DNA of 64,000 bases. It comes from Eledone cirrhosa (Eukaryota). Every line of letters starts with the position of its first letter. The stretch's first letter is position 1. The position numbers were made by a program, and so were the translations under genes. The notes under the pieces are model-generated. The model was not told where the DNA came from. It ran no database searches and saw nothing but the letters and a program-made list of their open reading frames with translations. Shown one piece after another: positions 55,518 through 64,000 of this stretch. The stretch spans positions 90,148,001 to 90,212,000 of the forward strand of contig OZ024744.1 in the NCBI GenBank assembly GCA_964016885.1. The letters are read 5' to 3'.

Positions 55518-55522
<5 letters not shown>
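54678..55522 (+). mobile_element. Decayed Penelope-like element 3' part (GIY-YIG remnant and pLTR)
   Basis: YIGETARS...YRQIREASEI...PRLNRKNEW, homologous to 58606-59565. Confidence 0.85.
55273..55314 (+). ncRNA. Minimal hammerhead ribozyme motif downstream of the Penelope ORF remnant
   Basis: ACCA-CTGACGA-T-GTTGCA GATG TGCAAC-GAAAG AA CTT-TGAT. Confidence 0.72.
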
Positions 55523-55601
<79 letters not shown>

Positions 55602-55671
55602 TATATGTATATATATGTGTATATATGTGTATATATGTGTATATATGTGTATATATATGTATATATATATA

Positions 55672-56565
55672 CATCATCATCATCAACGTTTAACGTCCGT
55701 GTTCCACGCTTGCATGGGTTTGGACGGGGGTTTTCCCACTTGAGGCAAGAGTGATTGTCTTGCTCGCATAGGACTGTCTGGCGGGTTTTCTACAGCTGGA
55801 TGCCCTTCCTAACACCAACCCCATTTACAGTGTGGGTCTGGGAGGTTTTTACCGTGTTGCCTACACGGCCACATTACCGCGTGGACTGTGTGTTTTTTTT
55901 TCGTGACACCTACACGATCTCATTTGTTTTGGCCTGGATGGTGTGGCACCAACATAACTTTACATAGAAAGGGGCGGTGTGGATGGGGTGGGATTGGTGG
56001 GACGGGGGTGTATTTTGTTAGAGATGCCTACTGACTAGTAGGTTTTACTATGTATTTAGGTAAGGCAAGTCTTCTCTATTACTGAGTACCGCCAAAGGTC
56101 TCGGTCCAGTGACATTGTCTTGGAGAGGTGTAAGTGTGTGAGGTCGGAATTTATCAGCTCGTCCCAGGTTTTTCTGGGTCTGCCTATTCCGTGGCTACCG
56201 TCTATCTTTACTGCCCTGCACTTTGTTATACAGCTATCGTCTTTCATGCGCATCACGTGACCATACCAACGTAGCCTTCTTTCGAGTAAACAACATCTGA
56301 TCCCTCTTATTTCTAATTTTTTCCTTAGTTCGTTTATGCTTTGCCGTTCACGTATATTACTATTACACATCCAGCGGAGCGTGCAAGCTTCGTTTCTCTC
56401 TAGTCTGCGTATATCCTCTGCACACAATGCCCAGGTCTCACTGCCATGCAACATTGCTGTTTGTATGCAGGCATCATACAACCTGCCTTTCATTTTTAGG
56501 GAGAACCCTTTAGCGGCTAATAGTGGTATAAGTTCTCTGAACTTTTTCCATCCAGTTCTGACTGT
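55672..56565 (-). mobile_element. RTE LINE family A 3' part
   Basis: VRTGWKKF...DRDLWRYSV and a (GAT)n tail. Confidence 0.92.
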
Positions 56566-56756
56566 GTGTATATATATATGTATGTATACATATGTATATA
56601 TATATATATATGTATGTATACATATGTATATATATATATATGTATACATATGTATACATACATATATATATATATATACATATGTATACATACATATATA
56701 TATATATATATATGTATACATATATACATATATGTATACATATGTATATATATATG

Positions 56757-57640
56757 TACCTAGGTGACCGAATTAGCAGCGGAGGTGGGTGTTCAGAAAG
56801 TACAATAACTAGGGTAAGAACGGGATGGAAGAAGTTTAGGGAACTACTACCACTGCTAGCTGCAAAAGGCTTCTCCCTCAGAATGAAAGGCAGACTGTAT
56901 GATGCGTGTATCCGAACAGCGATGTTGCATGGTAGCGAGACCTGGGCGCTGAAGGTGGAAGACATACGTAGATTAGAGAGAAACGAAGCCTGCATGCTCC
57001 GATGGATGTGTAACAATAATATACGTGAACGACAAAGCATAAATGAATTGAGAGAGAGACTGAGCATAAGAGGAATCAAATGCTGTGTGCAGGAGAGGCG
57101 GTTGCGCTGGTATGGACATGTGATGCATATGAAGGATGATAGCTGCATAAAAAGGTGCAGAGCACTAGAAGTTGATGGAAACCGCGGAGTGGGGAGACCC
57201 AAGATGACCTGGGATGAGGTGATAAAAGCCGACCTTACCCAATTACACCTCTCAAAGACAATGACACACGACCGTGACTTCTGGTGTCACGCAGTAATAC
57301 AGAGTACCCCACCTCCCATGGGTACAAGCTGAAGCATATAGACAATATGCCCCCACACCCCCCACTGCAAGGTGGTCGTGGAGGTGCCACGGAAAAAAAG
57401 CACCCAGCCCACACTGTAAAGTGGACGTGTAGGCGCCACGAAAAAAGTACCCAGCACTCACTGTAAATGAGGTTGGTGTTAGGAAGGGCAACCAGCTGTA
57501 GAAACCAAGCCAAATCAGTTCCTGTATGAGCAAGGCATGGTCAGCCGACCAGACACTGCCCACAACAGGACAACCCGTCTAACCCATGCTAGCGTGGAAG
57601 AACGGACGTAAAACGGTGATGATGATGATGATGATGATGA
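56757..57640 (+). mobile_element. RTE LINE family B 3' part
   Basis: [11 protein letters not shown]...GRPKMTW and a (GAT)n tail. Confidence 0.92.
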
Positions 57641-57708
57641 TGTATGTTTCCATATGTATATATATATATATGTATGTATACATATGTATATATATATATG
57701 TATGTATA

Positions 57709-57970
57709 CCGAAACAAATGAGATCGTGTAGGTGTCACGACAAAAAAACACACAGTCCACGCTGTAATGTGGCCGTGTAGGCAACACGGTAAAAACCTCC
57801 CAGACCCACACTGTAAATGGGGTTGGTGTTAGGAAGGGCATCCAACTGTAGAAAACCTGCCAGACAGTCCTATGCGAGCAAGACAATCACTCTTGCCTCA
57901 AGTGGGAATACCCCCGTCCAAACCCATGCAAGCGTGGAACACGGACGTTAAACGTTGATGATGATGATGA
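57709..57970 (+). mobile_element. RTE family A 3' UTR only
   Basis: Reverse complement of 29938-30195. Confidence 0.9.
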
Positions 57971-58094
57971 CATATGTATATATATATATATGTATGTATA
58001 CATATGTATATATATATATATGTATGTATACATATGTATATATATATATGTATGTATACATATGTATATATATATATATGTATGTATACATATG

Positions 58095-58125
<31 letters not shown>

Positions 58126-58181
58126 TTCCATATATATATATATGTATGTATACATATGTATATATATATATGTATGTATAC

Positions 58182-58217
<36 letters not shown>

Positions 58218-58221
<4 letters not shown>

Positions 58222-59575
58222 ATACATAGGACTTGTTCAATAAGAACCAGACGCACCAGTTGCTTTCACTTCAATTTATTATAATAAATTTATAATAAAT
58301 TTATAAATTTATAAATTTCTGGTTGGTTGGTTCGTTCCACAACCAGGTAGTTGTTTATATATTGTCATAGTTTTTCGTCACACACTCTGTGACCTCTTCA
58401 GTGACTGGGGATTCCTTTCTTTGTTTTTGTGCCTCTCCTTTGTTCTGTCCTACGCCATTTTGTTTCTGTGTGTGTGTTGTGTGCTCAGTCTGCGCATGCG
58501 TCACATCCGGGTGTCTGTGTGTGTTTATGTTCATTTATTTATTTGTTATTTACATGTTACTGGTTGGTTGTTTGTTTTATGTGTGTGTGTGTTTTCATTT
58601 TGTCCTTAATTGTAAGTTGTGATGTTGCTGTTCCACTCATATTTTCTATTTAATTTTGGTTGTAATTCTTTTATGTTTATTGCCTCTGTGATTTGTCTAA
58701 ACATTGCGTCTTTTCTGTGTGTAGATTCTATTTTTATTTCTATGTTCTCTAATTTACCCTTGTGTTCTATTTTAGCATGTTGGTAGAGTACAGATGATTC
58801 TTTACTATCTTGAAAGTCTCGCCAGTGTTCATTTATCCGTTCCCCTACACTACGAGCTGTCTCACCTATGTACACTATATTTTTGTCTCTACATTGTCCT
58901 TCAGTACATCTTATGCTATACACTACATTTCTAGTTTTACAGTTAATATGGGGGCTTATTTTACAGGTTATACATTTCTTATCTATACATGAGGGTCTTT
59001 GAAAAGGGTATGTCTTGCTAATAAGTGTTTTTACGGAGGTACCTGGTCTTTCTACTATCTTAATATTGAGTTTATGTTTATCTAGGGCCCTTCTGAATTT
59101 GTAAGCTAATTCACCTCTAGGGGTTGTATCGATGAACATTACACTCTGGTATTTATTGCTATCATGCCATGAGTTTATTCTATTAGCCTTGTTCCTAGTT
59201 CTTTCTATTCTATTCCAAAATTTGCTCCTATACAAGGGGCAGGTCCCATTTGTGTCATTATTTACCATTTTTTCCCATTTGGTTCTGGCTCCTCTATACA
59301 CTCTGATTTTATCTCTCTGATTGTAGCCAGAGAACTGCATACGGTGGATGAAGTGTTGTATGTGTCTCTCTAGTTCTTCGGGCTTGCACATGCGGGACAC
59401 GTTTCTCATCACCCGTACCAAATCCGCAATCAGTATGTTGATTTTGGTATGGTCCGAAACGGCCGAGTTTCGGTGTATCAGATGTTTGGAAGTCATGGGT
59501 TTGGCATAATGGGAATGGAGGATTTGTTTTTTGTTATTAATGGTATACCAGTCTCCTGTCTTCACACCACCGGTT
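58218..59575 (-). mobile_element. Penelope-like element 3' part (RT thumb, GIY-YIG endonuclease, pLTR)
   Basis: ORF 58606-59565 has YAKP..S..H, NVVYSIRC...YIGETARS..ERINEH and EAINI..LN. Confidence 0.92.
58364..58405 (-). ncRNA. Minimal hammerhead ribozyme motif in the Penelope pLTR
   Basis: The minus strand reads GTCA-CTGAAGA-G-GTCACA GAGTG TGTGAC-GAAA-AA-CTA-TGAC. Confidence 0.78.
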
Positions 59576-60385
59576 TGACACCATTGACGTCGAAACTCAT
59601 TTCTACAGTTGAGTGGACTAGAGTAACGTGCAGTAAAGCTTTGCGACTTCGCTAACTTTTTTCATAACAGCTGTCCATTAGTACTGAAGCCTAAGCAACT
59701 ATATAATCCCAGTCTTAGCAAACAAATACAAACTGCCATAGTGACATTATATAAACTTTCTTGTCAAATCTCTCCTAGATATATTTTTTATCCTACATTT
59801 TTTCCCTTCCTTTCTTTGTCTTGACCATCTAATGATGAGTGATGTCCAAAATATTATGGACTAATTTTCTCTTATTTTAATTTCTGCGTATGTTAAACTA
59901 TTAGTACCCTCTAATTTTACCATATTTTGTCTTATGAGGAGGGGTGCCCAATAGGCTGGCAAATAGTGTATATTGTTATTAATAATTTAATGTTAAAAAA
60001 TATATATTGCCATGAAAAAAAGCCATAAAACAAAATCGTGGAAGATATTTAGGATTCTGCAAATATGTGGTCGTTTCCACAAACAGTTATTAGTTAGGTT
60101 CTAAGGAAAATTCTATGAATGTGGGGCTACTCTGTATGTGAGTGTATACATACATACATATATATATATATAGTAAGAATATATTTGAAACAGCGAGTGG
60201 GTTTGAAATTATTAGAAATGTAAGCTATCGCCGTATTTGAAATGGAAAAAGATGAGTATTGACGTCCCATGTACGTTAATACTCATCTTTTTCCATTTCT
60301 CCGAGGGTTCTTAACCCCACTATCAGGCTAAATAATTTCTTTAATTTCTTTAGTCAAAATACAGCGATACCATATATATATATAT

Positions 60386-61832
60386 ATGCGAGCAAGACAA
60401 CCACTCTTGCCTCAAGTGGGAAAACCCCCGTCCAAACCCATGCAAGCGTGGAACAGGGACGCTAAACCTGATGATGATGATGATGATGATGATATATATA
60501 TATATATATCATCATCATCATCATCATCACCGTTTTACGTCCGTTCTTCCACGCTAGCATGGGTTAGACGGGTTGTCCTGTTGTGGGGAGTGTCTGGTCG
60601 GCGGACCATGCCTTGCTCATACAGGAACTGATTTGGCTTGATTTCTACAGCTGGATGCCCTTCCTAACACCAACCTCATTTACAGTGAGTGCTGGGTGCT
60701 TTTTTGCCGTGGCACCTCCACAACCACCTTGCGGTGGGGGGCATATTGTCTATATGCTTCAGCTTGTACCCATGCGAGGTCGGGTACTCTATATTACTGC
60801 ATGACGCCAGAAGTCACGGTCGTGCGTCATTGCCTTTGAGAGGTGTAATTGGGTAAGGTCGGCTTTTATCACCTCATCCCAGGTCATCTTGGGTCTCTTC
60901 ACTCCGCGGTTTCCATCAACTTCTAGTGCTCTGCACCTTTTTATGCAGCTGTCATCCTTCATACACATCACATGTCCATACCAGCGCAACCGCCTGTCCT
61001 GCACACAGCATTTGATTCCTCTTATGCTCAGTCTCTCTCTCAATTCATTTATGCTTTGTCGTTCACGTATATTACTGTTACACATCCATCGGAGCATGCA
61101 GGCTTCGTTTCTCTCTAATCTCCGTAAGTCTTCCACCTTCAGCGCCCAGGTCTCACTACCATGCAACATCGCTGTTCGGATACACGCATCATACAGTCTG
61201 GGGATCAGGGTTCTACTTAGAAGGACCTTAGTCTTTGTCATGTTGACTTTGAGACCCTTTCTTTCTAGTCCCTGCTTCCAAGTTTGGAATTTATTCTCTA
61301 GTTCTACCATAGATTCAGCTATGAGTGCGAGGTCATCAGCATACAGGAGTTCCCATGGGCATCCAGTCTTAAACTCCTCCGTTATTGGCTGCAGGACTAT
61401 GATGAACAGGAGAGGGCTAAGAACAGAGCCCTGGTGGACCCCAACCTGTACGCTAAATTCCTCGCTATACTCATTGCTAATCCTAACTTTGCTGACTGCT
61501 CCCCTATACATGGCTTGTACCGCTTTCACAAGCCATTCATCTACTCCTAGTTTTCTAAGAGCCCACCAGATTACAGCACGGGGAACTCTGTCAAAGGCTT
61601 TCTCAAGGTCGACAAATGCCAAGTAGAGTGGCTTACTTTTAGCTAGGTACTTTTCCTGTAATTGCCTCACAAGGAAGAGGGCATCAGTGGTGCCTGTCCC
61701 TGGTACAAACCCAAATTGCATCTCGTCTATTTTCATCCGGTCCCTAATCAGCTGTGCTATAACTCTTTCTGTTACTTTCATGACCTGGTCCATCAACTTT
61801 ATACCTCTATAGTTTCCTCTATCTAGTGCATC

Positions 61833-61836
<4 letters not shown>
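60386..61836 (-). mobile_element. RTE family B copy with an internal deletion (60508-61836), tail-to-tail with a family A 3' tip on the + strand (60386-60490)
   Basis: The ORF joins KTKVLLSRTLIP directly to RLYDAC, so the Cys-rich insert and RT domain 7 are missing. Confidence 0.9.
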
Positions 61837-61883
<47 letters not shown>

Positions 61884-61976
61884 AAGCATGAACCTAATAA
61901 ACTACCATTTGTACTGCCTCTCTGTTTTTTGTTCCTGTCTAATATTTGACTATATAGATAGATATATATATATATA

Positions 61977-62393
61977 CTTCAATGTAAAGTTATGTTGGTC
62001 CCACAACATCCAGGCCGAAACAAATGAGATCGTGTAGGTGTCACGACAAAAAACACACAGTCCACGCTGTAAATGTGGCCGTGTAGGCAACACGGTAAAA
62101 ACCTCCCAGCCCCACACTGTAAATGTGGTTGGTGTTAGGAAGGGCATCCAGCTGTAGAAAACCCGCCAGACAGTCCACGCTGTAATGTGGCCGTGTAGGC
62201 AACACGGTAAAAACCTCCCAGCCCCACACTGTAAATGTGGTTGGTGTTAGGAAGGGTATCCAACTGTAGAAAACCCGCCAGACAGTCCTATGCGAGCAAG
62301 ACAACCACTCTTGCCTCAAGTGGGAAAACCCCCGTCCAAACCCATGCAAGCGTGGAACACGGACGCTAAACCTGATGATGATGATGATGATGA
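61977..62393 (+). mobile_element. RTE family A 3' UTR with a duplicated 112-bp module
   Basis: Similar to 26008-26530. Confidence 0.9.
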
Positions 62394-62555
62394 CTTCATT
62401 TTTGTATATGTTTTGCAAGATTTCTTATCTGAAAATGTGTGTTGAAACAGATATTATTATACTTTGGAACGGTCGTGCTGCCAATAAAAAACACACACCC
62501 CTGTTGGTATTTCACTTCAATTTATTACAAATTTCCAGTTGGATGTTTATTTATT

Positions 62556-62598
62556 GTCAAAGCTCTTTTGTCACACATTCTGTGACTTCCTCAGTGAC
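62556..62598 (-). ncRNA. Hammerhead motif with G12>A substitution in a solo Penelope pLTR fragment (62395-62660)
   Basis: The minus strand reads GTCA-CTGAGGA-A-GTCACA GAATG TGTGAC-aAAAG AG CTT-TGAC. Flanks are homologous to 58255-58408. Confidence 0.65.
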
Positions 62599-62815
62599 TG
62601 ATTTGTTATTTTGTGTCTCAAAGAGCTTTGACAATAAATAAACAACCATCTTGTTATTAAACACTCACACACACATATGGACACATATTTTAATATATAT
62701 TTATATACACAGTGGGTGTGGTAAGATACTAGGTGGACCATAATGCACTAGAGTACTCAATACCTAGGGTAGTAGAGTGGGTAATAGGAAAAGAGTCGGG
62801 GTCCTGACTCTTTTC

Positions 62816-62853
<38 letters not shown>

Positions 62854-63289
62854 GAGGAGAGAGGTTAGATATTGTTGGGGAAATATGCCTTCGAAATAAC
62901 AAATGAGCACTTAGAAATTAAATTAAGAGAAAATGACCAAACATTTGGAGTTATTTCATAAAATGTTTAACTTTTTCATTTGTAAGCTGATATTTAGATG
63001 GTTAACAAAATTTACTAAAATTATGTTGTGACGAAAGGTTTTAATATAAGGATAAACAATTTAAATTGGACAATTTTGTATCATGAATCCAGAATACTTT
63101 CAGGCAGTTTGGTACCAAATGGCATACTCTATATTTACTAGTGTATTTTCACGGTAAAGGCTTTATCTCACATAATATCGAATCTATGAGATTTTTATAT
63201 TATTTATTTTGAGAACAAAACGTTCACATCAGTATGAGTGGTCAATTACAGCCAGTTTGAACAGAAAGAAGTGAGAGATATCCATTGAG

Positions 63290-63860
63290 ATTGCTCTGCA
63301 CTTTATTTCTTTTAAACAAATGTCATCTTCCATACACATCACATGTCTATACTAGTGCAGTCTTCATTTTTGCACACTGTATCCCATTTCTTTCATGCAG
63401 AATTTTTCTTTCAGCATATTTATGCCACACTGTTCATGTACACTAACATAACACATCCACTGGAGCATACTCACTTAATTTCTTTCTAGCCTTTACTGAT
63501 CTTCTACAATAAAGGACCATGTCCCACTACCATATAACATTACAGTTCATACTCAGGCATCAATGCAATCTACCCTTTAATCTTCGAGAGAAGTTCTTTG
63601 TTGCCAGCAGTACTGGCTTCATGAACTTTTTCAATTCCATTCTAACTGTAGCTTCTAAACTTTCCTCCATCCCCTACTTCAGATTAGGTCATCTAGGTAA
63701 CAGAAGCTGTCAACAACTTATAGGGAGCTGCCTGGGTAATTGATGGAATCTATTTCACATGTGCTCTTAGTGCTTATTTCTCCTGTGCATCTATCACATG
63801 CAAAACCCACCTTTTCTGTTAACCTGGCTGTAATCCTACTACATTTTGTATGCACATGTC
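63290..63860 (-). mobile_element. Old RTE LINE fragment
   Basis: Decayed homologue of the family A/B C-terminal region. Confidence 0.7.
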
Positions 63861-64000
63861 ATATTAAGTTGAGTTAACAATTTATATGACATAAATAATA
63901 AAAATATAAATATAAGTATCAATATTCATGAATGGGACATAGATATATAATATGAGAAATTAAACATTGTTCAATAATGACCATATGTTTAGTTTAGAAA

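Overview
AT-rich, repeat-dense animal DNA. The repeat families and microsatellite load suggest a mollusc, probably octopus (inference). The only host gene I can support is the 5' end of a TANGO1/MIA3-like gene on the + strand: exon 1 (signal peptide and start of the MIA-type SH3 domain, ending at 8661) and exon 2 (18189-18322). No third exon was found, so more than 45 kb downstream is probably intron 2. From about 22.5 to 62.7 kb there is a stack of retroelements, nearly all bounded by (TA)n/(TATG)n arrays. It includes at least four RTE-clade LINE families, an R4/Dong-like restriction-endonuclease LINE, Penelope-like (GIY-YIG) elements and six copies of a ~600-bp non-autonomous RTE derivative. 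The most unusual signals are seven hammerhead-ribozyme motifs (plus one decayed candidate), two of them in the arms of a 340-bp palindrome and one in a 466-bp terminally redundant, retrozyme-like unit. Also notable are a PHD-finger-like insertion inside the RT domain of the two dominant LINE families and apparent target-site duplications that copy the microsatellite itself. The long Y/I/M/C/V ORFs are microsatellite artefacts. Repeat boundaries were read by eye and are approximate.
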